Source: an uncultured Gammaproteobacteria bacterium
Lineage (GTDB): Bacteria; Pseudomonadota; Gammaproteobacteria; Xanthomonadales; Rhodanobacteraceae
Length of the DNA: 64,000 bases
Direction of reading: 5' to 3'
Assembly (NCBI GenBank): GCA_963699975.1
Contig: CAVOVY010000001.1
Coordinates: 1,070,184-1,134,183, forward strand
Positions 16,717 to 28,056 of this stretch are shown piece by piece. Within the stretch, counting starts at the first letter, position 1, and each line of letters opens with the position of its first letter. The translations under genes were made by a program, and so were the position numbers. The notes under the pieces are model-generated. The model searched no databases. It worked only from the letters and a program-made list of their open reading frames with translations, and was not told where the DNA came from.

Positions 16717-17013
16717 ATGAGCTTATCTCCCAGTCAGAAACGCTATCTGCGCGGTCTTGCGCACGCACTCAGCCCGGTCATCATGGTCGGCAACAAGGGC
16801 GTTACCCCGGCCTTGATCAGCGAATTTTCCAGCGCTCTGGATCGCCACGAACTGGTGAAGGTGAAACTCGCCGGCGACGATCGCGCCGCGCGGCGCGAGC
16901 AGATCGTCGCGCTTGCCGATGCGCTCAAGGCCGATCTGGTGCAAAGCATCGGCCATGTCGCCGCCTATTTCCGGCGCAATGTGGACGAGCCGAAAATCGC
17001 ATTGCCGCGATAA
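16717..17013 (+). CDS. yhbY: Ribosome assembly RNA-binding protein YhbY
   Basis: QKRYLRGLAHALSPVIMVGNKG...HELVKVK; divergent from rlmE. Confidence 0.95.
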   Translation: MSLSPSQKRYLRGLAHALSPVIMVGNKGVTPALISEFSSALDRHELVKVKLAGDDRAARREQIVALADALKADLVQSIGHVAAYFRRNVDEPKIALPR

Positions 17014-17098
17014 TCCTCGGGATGGAACGGGGAATGCCCGACGTTTACCTCTGCCCTTGCGGGCAAGATCAGCATGCGCCGCGTGCCGGGAGGGGGAG

Positions 17099-17476
17099 AT
17101 GCAACTGACCGAGCATCGCAACGAGCAGCAGTTGTTCGTGCGCAAGGCCGACGCGCACATGCGTCAGCGTGATCGACCGCGAGTTCACGACCAGTCTCGC
17201 TGCTCAGCGCAAACGCGGCGAGTCGACGATTTTCCCGCGCGCAACGTCGGCGAACTCGACTCAGCCGCGATCGAGAAAATTCTCGCGCTCCAACCCGAGG
17301 TCGTGCTGCTCGGCACCGGCGCGCGCACGACGTTTCCGAGTCAGGCCGTGCTCGGCGCGTTCCTCAAGCGCGGCATCGGTCTGGAGACCATGGACAACGC
17401 CGCGGCCGCGCGCACCTTCAATGTGCTGGTCGGCGAGAGGCGCAACGCGGTTGCGCTGTTTCTATTGCCCGGCTGA
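17099..17476 (+). CDS. Mth938-like (DUF498) domain protein (frameshifted)
   Basis: PEVVLLGTG...GIGLETMDNAAAARTFNVLVGERR. Confidence 0.9.
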   Translation: MQLTEHRNEQQLFVRKADAHMRQRDRPRVHDQSRCSAQTRRVDDFPARNVGELDSAAIEKILALQPEVVLLGTGARTTFPSQAVLGAFLKRGIGLETMDNAAAARTFNVLVGERRNAVALFLLPG

Positions 17477-18366
17477 TTCGCGCTCGACCAGACAACGCAG
17501 GCGCGCCAGCGCCTCGCTCTGGATCTGCCGCACGCGCTCGCGCGTCAGGCCGAGTTCGGCGGCGATTTCCGCGAGCGTCTGCATGGCTTCGTCGTTGAGT
17601 CCGTAACGTCGCTGGAGTACGAGGCGCTGGCGCGCGCGGCAACTGTTCGAGCCAACGGGCGACGCGCGTATCGCCCGCGTCGCGCGCGCCGCGCACAGCG
17701 ACCGCATCCGCGCCTTCGACGATCAATTGTTCGATCAGCGCGCGATCGTCGCTGGCCGACAGCGGCGCGTCGAGCGAGCTGATGCGATCGGTCACGGTTG
17801 AATAGACCGGCAACGTCGGCGCCAGGTTTGCCGACATTGCGCGCGAGTTCGTCGATGCTCGGCATGCGCCCCAGATCGTGGGTCAACTGGCGCCGCGCGC
17901 GCAACACCTGGGCGAACTCGCGCAGCACATGCACGGGCACGCGCACCGTGCGTCCCTGATGCATCAGCGCGCGCTGCACGCCGTCGCGGATCCACCAGGT
18001 CGCATAAGTCGAGAAGCGCAGCTTGCGCGCGGCGTCGAATTTTTCGACCGCGCGGATCAGGCCGAGATTGCCCTCGGCGATCAGATCGAGCAGCGGCACG
18101 CCGCGCCCGACATAGCTGCGCGCGATGGCGACCACCAAGCGCAGGTTCGACTCGATCATGCGCCGCCGCGCATCGGCGTCGCCGCTACCCACACGTTGCG
18201 CGAGTTCGAGTTCCTCGTGCGCTTCGAGCAGCGGAATCAGACCGATTTCTTTGAGATAGGCGCTGGTCGAATCGCGCGCCTCGTCGTCCTGCTGCGGCTC
18301 GATCGCGTGGATCAGCTCAAGCAATTCTTCCGAATCGATTTCGTCCGTGCGCACATCGGAGCTCAT
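17462..18366 (-). CDS. rpoS: RNA polymerase sigma factor RpoS (frameshifted)
   Basis: [55 protein letters not shown]; directly downstream of nlpD. Confidence 0.85.
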
Positions 18367-18427
18367 GCGCGCAGCATAGCGCGAGTCGATGCGCATTTCC
18401 GCCGATTCCGCAGTGGCTGAAACAGAC

Positions 18428-19507
18428 TCAACGCGCCGGCAGATAGTCCAGCGGATTGACCGGCTTGCCGTTCTTGCGGATCTCGAAATGCAACTCGTCG
18501 CGCGAGCTTGCGCTCGATCCCATCTCGGCGATCTGCTGGCCGGCGCGCACCTTCTGGCCTTCCTGCACCAGACGCTTGCGGTTGTGCCCGTAAGCGGAAA
18601 GAAACGTCGCATTGTGCTTGACGATGATGAGTTCGCCGTAGCCGATCAGGCCGTTGCCGCTGTAGACCACATCGCCATCGGCCGCCGCAATCACCGGATC
18701 GCCCGCGTTGCCGGCGATATCGATGCCCTGCCTGATTTGATCGCCGGCGACGAAGGCGCCGATCACCTTGCCTGCGCTCGGCCAGCGCCAGCTGACGCCA
18801 GCGACGTTGGCGGTGGCGCCTTCGCTGATCGGCCGTGCCGCTGGAGCCGGTTGTTCGGCAACCGGTCTGGACGCTGCCGGCGGCGGCGTAACCGGAACCG
18901 GCATGGGTGCGGCGGCTGGCGGCGGCGAAGTCGCTGCCTCTGGCGGCGGTGACACGGGCTCGGGTGCAGGTTCGCTTGCCGCGACTGACGCGGTCTTCGC
19001 AGGCGCGCTCGGCACATCCTCGAACAAGGCGCCATTCTTCGTCGCGGGCGCGGGCGGCGTGCCAGTAGCGCTTGTTGAAGACGGCGGCACGCTCGACACG
19101 ACCACCGGCGTCGATGCCGACGCTATCGGCGCATGCGCCGCAGATTCCGGCACTTGCGCAAGCGCGCCGGGCGGACTGAGGCGCAGCCACTGCCCGGCCA
19201 GAATCTTGTACGGCGGCGCAATGCCGTTCCACCCGGCGACGTCGCGATAATCCAGGCCGCGCTTGAACGCGATCGAAAACAACGTGTCGCCGCGTTCCAC
19301 GTGATAGCTGCCGGCAGGTACCTGCGGACTCGAACGCACTGGCGTCTGTGCGGTTTGCGGCGCCGAGGTGTCGAGCGAAAGATCCTCGACTTCGGCCGGC
19401 TCGGATGCGCACCCAGTCAGCCACAGCGCAGCAGCGATCAGCAGCCATGGCAGGCAACCGCACGCCGCGGTTTTCATCCGGTTCGAATCGATCAGGCTCG
19501 AATTCAT
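18428..19507 (-). CDS. nlpD: Lipoprotein NlpD (LysM + M23 peptidase domain)
   Basis: Lipobox [38 protein letters not shown]. Confidence 0.93.
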   Translation of the reverse strand: MNSSLIDSNRMKTAACGCLPWLLIAAALWLTGCASEPAEVEDLSLDTSAPQTAQTPVRSSPQVPAGSYHVERGDTLFSIAFKRGLDYRDVAGWNGIAPPYKILAGQWLRLSPPGALAQVPESAAHAPIASASTPVVVSSVPPSSTSATGTPPAPATKNGALFEDVPSAPAKTASVAASEPAPEPVSPPPEAATSPPPAAAPMPVPVTPPPAASRPVAEQPAPAARPISEGATANVAGVSWRWPSAGKVIGAFVAGDQIRQGIDIAGNAGDPVIAAADGDVVYSGNGLIGYGELIIVKHNATFLSAYGHNRKRLVQEGQKVRAGQQIAEMGSSASSRDELHFEIRKNGKPVNPLDYLPAR

Positions 19508-19519
19508 CGCTTTCGAATC

Positions 19520-20127
19520 TCAATGCAGGAATTTGAAATACAGCACAGCCAGCACGATCAATGCAATCACCGCCCAGCCTATCCATTCGATCCAGCGGTG
19601 CAGCGCTTCCTCGGCGCGCTTGCCGCCGAGCCGGATCAGACCGCACAGAAGATATACGCGCTTGCCGCGGCCGATCATCATTCCGGCGATGAATGCCGGC
19701 AGCGGCACGCCGACGATGCCCGACGCCCAGGTGAAAATTTTCAGCGGGATCGGCAGAAATCCGGCGAGGACGAGCAAGCCGAACGCCTTCCACGAATTCT
19801 GCGCCAGATCCTGATGCAGTTGCGCCACCATGCTGTCGATCCTGGGCAGCCAGCCGAGGTCGGCGAACAGCGGGCGCACGAAATCGAATGCGTAATGACC
19901 CAGCGCATAGCCGACGAAGCGAACCGAGTACCGAACCGCACAGACTGATCGTGGCGTAGCGCGCCCAGCGTTCGGGCTTCGCCAGCGTCATCGGCGCCAG
20001 CATCACTTCGGGCGCAACCGGAAAAATGAAGGCTTCGACAAAGCTCAGCAGCGGCAGGATGCGCTGCGCCAGCGGATGTGCGGCCCAGACCAGCGCTTTT
20101 TCGTAAATCGGTTTGAACAGTTTCAAG
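19520..20127 (-). CDS. YqaA/DedA-family membrane protein (frameshifted)
   Basis: [37 protein letters not shown]; lies between pcm and nlpD. Confidence 0.88.
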
Positions 20128-20160
20128 ACCTGGCAATCCTTTGACGCGCGGCGTATCGCA

Positions 20161-20849
20161 TCAGCCCAGACCGCCGAGCAGCGGCACGAAACTGACTGCG
20201 TCGAGCGCCTCGCCGACCCAGCCGCTTTTTCGCCGTCTCGACATGGCGATAGCGCAACAGCTTCTGTGCGCCCGGGCGGCCCGACCGGCGCGACCAGCAC
20301 GCCGTCGGGCGCGAGTTGCGCGAACAACTCCGCGTGCGACCGCATCGTCGGCGGCAGTAAGCATGATCGCGTCGTACGGCGCGTGCTCCGGCCAGCCGAG
20401 CTTGCCGTCGTCGTGTTTCGAGCGCAGGTTCTCGATGCCGAGCTTGCGGAAACGCCGCCGCGCGTTGCGCAGCAATTCCTCGATGCGCTCGACCGTGTAT
20501 ACATTTTCCACCAGCGCGGCGAGCACCGCGGCCTGATAGCCGGAGCCGGTGCCGATCTCGAGCACTTTGTCCGGCAATGCTGTGCTCGATCAGCGCCTCG
20601 GTCATGCGCGCGACGACCCACGGCTGCGAAATCGTCTGGCCTGGCCGATCGGCAGCGCGGTGTCTTCGTAGGCGCGCGAGGCCAGCGCTTCCTCGATGAA
20701 CAGATGGCGCGGCAGGCGCGCGGATCACATCGAGCACGCGCCGGTCGGCGATGCCGTTCGCCTTGAGGCGTTCGATCAGACGATCGCGCGCGCGCTGCGA
20801 GGTCATGCCGAGGCCGCGCGCCTCCGGTGTCAGCCGCCGCAGAATACAT
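20161..20849 (-). CDS. pcm: Protein-L-isoaspartate O-methyltransferase (frameshifted)
   Basis: [43 protein letters not shown]. Confidence 0.95.
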
Positions 20850-20874
20850 CAAGCGCTCGTTCTCATGCTGTCGC

Positions 20875-21655
20875 TCATGCGGCCGTATCCGAGTTCGAGC
20901 GACAGCGACTCGACCCAGCTCGCTGACTTTTTCCAGCGCCTGGTAGCGGGTCAGATCGACATGGATCGGCGTGATCGAGATGTAGCCCTCGCGCACCGCG
21001 TGGAAATCCGTGCCCGGACCGTCGTCGTCGACCTCGCCGGCCGGCCCGATCCACCAGATCGGACGGCCGCGCGGATCGATCTGCGCGATGCACGGCGCGG
21101 AACGATGGCGCTTGCCCAGCCGCGTGACCGCGAAGCCGCGCAGCTCGTGCCAGGGACGATCCGGCACATTGACGTTGAGGATCGTGTCGGCCGGCAGCGG
21201 ATCGACGAGCAGGCGCTGCATGATCGCCAGCGCCGCCTGCGCGGCGCTTTCGTAATGCTGGCCGGTGTGATCCTCGCGTGACCAGCGACACGGCGATCGC
21301 GGGCAGGCCGAGAAAGCGCCCTTCCATCGCCGCCGAAACCGTGCCCGAATAAATCACGTCGTCGCCGAGATTGGCCGAATTGTTGATGCCGGAAACGACG
21401 ATATCGGGTTCCTTGTCGAGCAAGCCGGCACAGCGCCAGATGCACGCAGTCGGTCGGCGTGCCGGCCACGCGATAGCGATTTTCCTCAAGCCGGGTAACG
21501 CGGATCGGCTGATCGAGGGTCAGCGAATTGCTCGCGCCGGAACGATCGCGATCCGGCGCGACGATCACGACCTCGCCGACGACCGCAAGCCGGCGCGCGA
21601 GCACATGGATACCCGGCGCTTCCACGCCATCGTCGTTGCTGACCAATACCCGCAT
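20875..21655 (-). CDS. surE: 5'/3'-nucleotidase SurE (frameshifted)
   Basis: [45 protein letters not shown]. Confidence 0.95.
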
Positions 21656-22011
21656 GCGAATCCTCGTGCGGCGCGCCACGAATGCCGTGTGCCTGTGGAT
21701 CGCATTGTAACGGAGGCGCCGGGCAAACTGAACGCGCTTGCGAGTGCGCGTTTGCTATGGAGTCGCCAGCGCTAGGCGGGCGAGTAGGCCGTTTCGAAGT
21801 TTTATCTTCTTGTTCATGAAGTCTCTCGGGGTGTAGTTCTCCGTAGAGATCTGCGGTTGCGTCCTGTTGCTGCGATGCGCGGCCGCGGCAAGTGGTAGTC
21901 GATTGTGGTCGCCCTCGCGATTGCGGGAGCGCCCAATCTACTCCCGAATGCCAGTCTGACTGTGATTCTTCTGAGAAGCCGCAGACGCACTCTGACCAAC
22001 AAGCCAAGACC

Positions 22012-22554
22012 TTAGTGCTTCCCCGAACCACTGGGTGGCAATACATCCCCTGATAGACCACCAGAAAATGATCTTAGCTCGCCATCAGCACCTATCCAGA
22101 GCTGATAGTCACCGTATTTACAAGTAACCCAAAGGGACCACTCGTCTCTGAGTAGCATTGCAACGTCTATGCGTGGGCTTGTACAGCTAGATTTTCCTGT
22201 CCAAATACGCAAAAAAACCTCAGCCAACGCCGTGTCGGTAATGATCGCACCATCACCATATTTGTTTTTTGCAATCTCCTCCTCTTTCGCAAAATCATAC
22301 ACGATGTTCACGGCACCGCTGCGTTTAATTTCAATCGAAAAAACCGTCGTATTGGTCAGGCTTTCCCGAACACCATTAATCTGACACATTATCGAACCAT
22401 CAGATCTGGAATCATTAGTTGACGCAATTACCTTCGTCTTAGCGTTATACAAATGAGTCTCTTGCAGTACAACGGGATTCTGCAAGAATTTGCTACAACC
22501 TTGTACATCTGCCGTCGTAGAAAGCAGAGCGCTAAATAGCATGTAATTAATCAT
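22012..22554 (-). CDS. Low-GC hypothetical protein, possibly exported
   Basis: Intact 180-aa ORF, visibly AT-richer than its flanks, hydrophobic N-terminus. Confidence 0.65.
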   Translation of the reverse strand: MINYMLFSALLSTTADVQGCSKFLQNPVVLQETHLYNAKTKVIASTNDSRSDGSIMCQINGVRESLTNTTVFSIEIKRSGAVNIVYDFAKEEEIAKNKYGDGAIITDTALAEVFLRIWTGKSSCTSPRIDVAMLLRDEWSLWVTCKYGDYQLWIGADGELRSFSGGLSGDVLPPSGSGKH

Positions 22555-22591
22555 TACTTGCTCCGCCCCACTGTCCCAGCGTCCAACGATC

Positions 22592-23038
22592 TCACTTCAC
22601 ACGCACGGTGATTTTCTTCGACACCAGCGGCGGGTCGAATTGCATGTGCGCACGATCGCCGAAATCCAGTTGCAGCGTGTGATCGCCGGGCGTGAGGTGG
22701 ATCGTGTCCTCGGTCTGACCCTTGCCGTAATGCTTGTGCGTCGCGTCGTTCGGAATCGGCGCATCGCCGGGCGGCAGTTCGGCCACGTCGATCAGCAGAT
22801 GGTGGTGTCCCGTGTTCGGCGTCGGATCGCCGGCCGGGCGGATCGCGATGCCCTTCACGCCGAACTTGACCAGCACGTCCTGACCGACCGTTGCGCCATT
22901 CTTGGGCGAGACTATGAATACTCTCGCGCCGGCGGGCGCCTTGGCGCGTGGCGGACTCGATGGTTTTGCCGCGTCGCCCGCAAACGCCAGACCGGCGCAC
23001 ACGAGACTCGTCACAACCAGCATCAGGATCGTACGCAT
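22592..23038 (-). CDS. DUF4399 domain secreted protein
   Basis: Signal peptide; TGHHHLLID, HKHYGKGQTE, PGDHTLQL. Confidence 0.88.
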   Translation of the reverse strand: MRTILMLVVTSLVCAGLAFAGDAAKPSSPPRAKAPAGARVFIVSPKNGATVGQDVLVKFGVKGIAIRPAGDPTPNTGHHHLLIDVAELPPGDAPIPNDATHKHYGKGQTEDTIHLTPGDHTLQLDFGDRAHMQFDPPLVSKKITVRVK

Positions 23039-23127
23039 CGCACTTCTCCGCAGTGAGACTGCTTGAATGATACGCTGGCCGCTCGTTATCGGCTTGTGAA
23101 GCTATCGGCCATCCCCATCTGAATGCG

Positions 23128-24946
23128 ATGAATTCCGCCACGCCTCCGCCGCGCGCCACCTTGATCGGCGCGTTTGCGCGCCTGATGCCGACGGTACGGC
23201 ATTACAGCGGGCGCGTGACCGTGGCCCTGTGTTTCCTGGTCACCGCGAAACTGGCGAATATCGGCGTGCCGCTGGTGCTCAAACACCTCGTCGACGGACT
23301 CGATGTCAAACCGTCGCCTCTGGTGATTCCGCTACTGCTGCTGATGGCCTACGGCGCGCTGCGCCTGTCGACCTCGCTGTTCCAGGAATTGCGCACGGTG
23401 GTGTTCGCGCGCGTGCTCGCACGCACCTCGCGCGAGATCACTCTGCGCGTGTTCGCGCATCTGCATTCGTTGAGTCTGCGCTTCCACCTCGACCGCCGTA
23501 CCGGCGGCGTCGCGCGCGATGTCGAACGTGGCATGACCTCGGTCTCCGATCTGCTCGACTGGACGATCTACACGATCCTGCCGACCCTGTTCGAGATCAC
23601 CCTGATCTGCGGCATCCTGATCGTGCGCTACGACTGGGGCTTCGCCCTGATCACGCTGGCGACGCTGGTTGTGTATATCACGTTCACGTTTTCGATGACC
23701 GAATGGCGACTGCGCTTTTACCGCGCCGCGAACGAGGCCGATACCGAGGCGAACGCGCGCAATGTCGATGCGCTGCTCAACTACGAGACGGTCAAGTACT
23801 TCAACAACGAGCGGCACGAGTTGAACCGCTTCGACGGCAGCCTGCGCAATCTCGAAGAAGCGACCGTGCGCAGCCAGAAGTCGCTCGCTGCACTGAATGT
23901 CGGCCAGACAGCGATCGTTGCGGTCGGACTTACGTTGTTGCTGTGGCGCGCCTCGGCCGGCGTCGTCGCCGGGCGCATGACACTCGGCGATCTGGTGCTG
24001 GTCAACGCGTTTCTGATCCAGTTGTCGATCCCATTGAATTATCTGGGCATGGTCTATCGCGAAGTGAAGCAGGCGCTGACCAATATCGAGCGCATGTTCG
24101 TTCTGCTCGACGAGCCGCAGGAAATCCGCGATGCGCCGGGCGCAAAACCGCTGGCCGCTGGCGGTGGCGAAGTACGCTTCGAGAACGTGTCGTTCGGTTA
24201 CGATCCGGCGCGCGGCATTTTATACAACGTGGATTTCTCCATTCCGGCCGGCAAGACCGTCGCCGTGGTCGGCACGACCGGCGCGGGCAAGTCGACGCTG
24301 TCGCGCCTGCTGTACCGCTTCTACGACGTCAGCGGCGGGCGCATCCTGATCGACGGCCAGGATATCCGCGAGCGTGACCCAGGATTCGCTGCGCACGGCG
24401 ATCGGCATCGTGCCGCAGGACACGGTGCTGTTCAACGACTCGATCTACTACAACATCGCCTATGGCAAACCCGACGCCACGCGCGAGGAAGTCGTCGCCG
24501 CCGCGCGCGCGGCGCATATCCACGACTTCATCGCGAGCCTGCCGCAGGGCTACGACACCGGCGTCGGCGAGCGCGGCCTGAAACTCTCCGGCGGCGAGAA
24601 ACAGCGCGTCGCGATCGCGCGCACCCTGCTCAAGAATCCGGAAATTCTCGTGTTCGACGAAGCCACCAGCGCGCTCGACACGCGCACCGAAAAAATCATC
24701 CAGGGCGAACTCGAAGAGATCGCGCGCGAGCGCACCACGCTGATCATCGCGCATCGCCTGTCGACGATCGTCGATGCCGATGAAATCCTCGTGCTCGACC
24801 ACGGCCGCATCGTCGAGCGCGGCAGTCATGCGCAATTGCTCGCCCAGCGCGGACGCTATGCCGCATTGTGGACAATGCAGCAGCAATCGCGCGAATCGGT
24901 GCCGACCGCCGCGCAGCCCGCGACGCCGGAATTCGCATCGCCCTAG
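23128..24946 (+). CDS. ATM1/Atm-type ABCB transporter, permease + ATPase (one frameshift)
   Basis: [56 protein letters not shown]. Confidence 0.93.
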
Positions 24947-24977
24947 CATTTTCGATTTTGATGAATACAAAGTCAGG

Positions 24978-25426
24978 AGCGCCCCCTTCCGGCTGCCGCC
25001 ACCTTCCCCCGCTGCGCAGGGGAAGGATTCTCGCCTCGCAACGACCTGATCTTTCCCTTCCCCCGCTGCGCAGGGGAAGGATTCTCGTCTCGCAACGACC
25101 TGATTTTCCCTTCCCACGCTGCGCAGGGAAGGATTCTCGTCTCGCAACGACCTGATTTTTCCCTTCCCCCGCTGCGCAAGGGAAGGATTCTCGTCTCGCA
25201 ACGACCTGATTTTTCCCTTCCCCCGCTGCGCAAGGGAAGGATTCTCGTCTCGCAACGACCTGATTCTTCCCTTCCCCCGCTGCGCAAGGGAAGGATTCTC
25301 GTCTCGCAACGACCTGATTTTTCCCTTCCCCGCTGCGCAAGGGAAGGATTCTCGTCTCGCAACGAGCTGATTCTTCCCTTCCCCTGCGTAGCGGGGGAAG
25401 GTGCCCATAGGGCGGAAGGGGGCGCT
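24978..25426. repeat. REPIN with an internal tandem array of seven ~54-bp units
   Basis: Unit CCTTCCCCCGCTGCGCA(A/G)GGGAAGGATTCTCGTCTCGCAACGACCTGATTTTTC x7; outer ~49-bp arms are inverted repeats (AGCGCCCCCTTCCG...CGGAAGGGGGCGCT). Confidence 0.93.
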
Positions 25427-25582
25427 TTTGATCTCGCAAGCGAACGCAAAAGCGCTCTAGATCGCGCGTAACCCGATCGTCACCTTGCTGTAACGCCCGA
25501 TTCAAAGCCGGCGGTTTCTGAGAACGTGCTGCGACGGGCTCGGCACCAACGGTGTCTTGTTCAGAGTTTCTCTGGCGCTGCC

Positions 25583-27274
25583 TCACGCCGTCTTCTGCGC
25601 ACGCAAACCCAGCTCGTCCGCCATCGTCTGGCGCAGAATATACTTCTGCACTTTGCCGGTGACGGTCAGCGGGAACGCTTCGACGAAGCGGAAATACTGC
25701 GGCACCTTGTAGTGCGCGATCTCACCGCGGCAGAACGCACGCAGTCCGGCCTCATCGACGCCGGCGCCGGGCTTGAGGATCACGCAGGCGCACAGCACTT
25801 CACCGAATTTCGCGTCCGGCACGCCGACGCATTGCACATCGTGGATCTGCGGATGGCGGTAGAGGAATTCCTCGACCTCGCGCGGATACACGTTCTCGCC
25901 GCCGCGGATCACCACATCCTTGGAGCGGCCGACGATATTGCAATAACCTTCGGCGTCGAGCGTGGCCAGATCGCCCGTGTGCATCCAGCCGTTGCGATCG
26001 ATGGCTTCGGCGGTTTTCTCCGCATCGTCCCAGTAGCCGAGCATGACCGAGTAGCCACGCGTGCACAGTTCGCCCGGCGCGCCGCGCGGCACGATGCGCC
26101 CATCGGCGTCGACGATCTTCACCTCCAGATGCGGTGAGATGCGGCCCACGGTCGACACGCGACGTTCGAGCGGATCGTCGGGTGCGCATTGCAGGCTCAC
26201 CGGCGAGGTCTCGGTCATGCCGTAGGCGATCACGACTTCACGCATGTGCATGCGCTCGACGACCTGCTTCATCACCTCGATCGGGCACGGCGATCCGGCC
26301 ATGATACCGGTGCGCAGACTGGACAGATCGTATGTGGCGAAATCCGCGTGCCCCAACTCGGCGATGAACATCGTCGGCACGCCATACAGCGCGGTGCAGC
26401 GTTCGGCGTGGACTGCCACGAGCACGCTCTGCGGATCGAACCCGGCGTCGGCGTAGACCATCGTCGCGCCATGGGTGAGGCAGCCGAGATTGCCCATCAC
26501 CATGCCGAAGCAGTGATACAGCGGCACCGGAATGCACAGGCGGTCGCCGGGCCGCAGGCGGATGTTTTCGGTGACGAAAAATCCGTTGTTGAGAATATTG
26601 TGATGGGTCAGCGTCGCGCCCTTGGGCAGGCCCGTCGTGCCCGAGGTGAACTGGATATTGATCGGATCGTCGAACTGCAAGGTTGCCCCCAACGCAGCGA
26701 GATCCTCGCGCTCGCGTTCGCTGGCCTCGCTCAGCAAGCTGTCGAAGTTGTACATGCCCGGAGTCGCCTCGACGCCGAGCCGGATCACGCAGCGCAATTC
26801 CGGCAGCCGCTGCGCAGCGAGCGCGCCCGGCGCGCAATGCGCCAGTTCCGGCGCGAGATCGGCGAGCATGTCGAGATACTTGCTGGATTTGAAACCTGGC
26901 GCGAGCACGAGCGCCCTGCAGCCGACCTTGTTCAGCGCGTACTCGAGTTCGCTGCGCTGATACGCTGGATTGATATTGACCAGGATCAGGCCGGCCTTGG
27001 CCGTGGCAAACTGGGTCAGCGTCCACTCCGCGCAATTGGGCGCCCAGATGCCGATGCGCTCGCCCGCAGCCAGACCCAGACGCCGCAGCGCCACCGCGAG
27101 ATTGTCCACGCGCTCGCGCAACTCGCGATAGGTCCAGCGAACGTTCTGGTAACACACGATCAGCGCGTCGCGATCCGCGTGTGCATCCGCGATCTTGTCG
27201 AAATGCGCGCCGATCGTGTCGCCGATCAGTGGCAGCGCGGAAACGCCGCTGACATAGCTCGGTTCGGCCTGCAT
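25583..27274 (-). CDS. AMP-binding acyl-CoA synthetase
   Basis: [39 protein letters not shown]. Confidence 0.93.
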   Translation of the reverse strand: MQAEPSYVSGVSALPLIGDTIGAHFDKIADAHADRDALIVCYQNVRWTYRELRERVDNLAVALRRLGLAAGERIGIWAPNCAEWTLTQFATAKAGLILVNINPAYQRSELEYALNKVGCRALVLAPGFKSSKYLDMLADLAPELAHCAPGALAAQRLPELRCVIRLGVEATPGMYNFDSLLSEASEREREDLAALGATLQFDDPINIQFTSGTTGLPKGATLTHHNILNNGFFVTENIRLRPGDRLCIPVPLYHCFGMVMGNLGCLTHGATMVYADAGFDPQSVLVAVHAERCTALYGVPTMFIAELGHADFATYDLSSLRTGIMAGSPCPIEVMKQVVERMHMREVVIAYGMTETSPVSLQCAPDDPLERRVSTVGRISPHLEVKIVDADGRIVPRGAPGELCTRGYSVMLGYWDDAEKTAEAIDRNGWMHTGDLATLDAEGYCNIVGRSKDVVIRGGENVYPREVEEFLYRHPQIHDVQCVGVPDAKFGEVLCACVILKPGAGVDEAGLRAFCRGEIAHYKVPQYFRFVEAFPLTVTGKVQKYILRQTMADELGLRAQKTA

Positions 27275-27358
27275 CGCATTCTCCCTGCGGCTTTGCGTTG
27301 TCTCGACGCACAACTATTGCGCCGATTTCCGGCAGGGTCAATGCGACCAGAAGCACGA

Positions 27359-27956
27359 GCTTCCGCTCGCCTGCGGCGAGCGGGTCACTTTCTCTTCACC
27401 AGCCAAGAGAAAGTAACCAAAGAGAGGCCGCCCCCGATGCCGCGCTCTGCGGGCTTCGCCCTCCGAGTACGCGAGGTCCCGGCGGGGTTCGCTTGATGGA
27501 CATCCATGTACATTCGCGAACGGGCGCACATCGTGTGCGCCCTCCTGCCGGACGATTCCGCCGCGCGCCCGCCGCGGCAAAGGGGGGACCAAGATCACAA
27601 GCGCGCAAGGCGCAGTCCAGGGATGGACGGGTTCGTGCAACCGAGGGCGCCTTTCGCGGTGCCGAGCGTCGCAGGCTGCGGCGGAAAACGCCCGCAGGGG
27701 CGCACGCACGATGCGCGCGCGTGAGCGAATGTACATGGAGGTACATCAAGCGAACCCCGCCGCAGCCGAGAAGCGCAGTGCATTGTGCTGCGCTGACGCG
27801 CAGCACAACACCGCGTCAGGTGCCTAGCCTTTTGGTTACTTTTGGGCACTGCGCCGCAGGAGCGGCGCGAACAGCGAAGCTGGCCGCAAAGCGGCGGAGG
27901 GCAGGATGCCCGGAGTCATGCCAAAAGTAACTCGCTCGGCGCAGGCGAATGAAAGC
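27359..27956. mobile_element. ~600-bp non-coding foldback/MITE-like element
   Basis: Imperfect TIRs GCTTCCGCTCGCCTGCGGCGAGCGGGTCACTTT / AAAGTAACTCGCTCGGCGCAGGCGAATGAAAGC; internal inverted pairs AAAGTAACCAAA/TTTGGTTACTTT and CCATGTACATTCGC/GCGAATGTACATGG. Confidence 0.75.
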
Positions 27957-27992
27957 AGTTGATCTTCCGCGACGCAGAAAGAGCGGGAGACA

Positions 27993-28019
27993 CTGGATAC
28001 CGGCCTGCGCCGGTATGAC
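27993..28019. repeat. REP palindrome CTGGATACCGGCCTGCGCCGGTATGAC
   Basis: Reverse-orientation relative of the GTCAT...ATC REP at 375-398. Confidence 0.7.
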
Positions 28020-28056
28020 GAGCAAGACGACTTTCGCGGGAATGGCGAATTCCGGG

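Noticed and set aside
18760-19150. Pro/Ala-rich low-complexity stretch in nlpD as an insertion element
   Set aside because: Ordinary flexible linker between LysM and M23 domains, with no palindromic or repeat structure.
24978-25426. CRISPR array
   Set aside because: The would-be spacers are identical, no cas genes are nearby, and the unit derives from the flanking REP arm; it is a tandem repeat.
24329-25586. Repetitive ORFs over the tandem array (RRESFPCAAGEG repeats)
   Set aside because: By-product of the 54-bp period; they overlap real genes on the opposite strand and lack credible starts.
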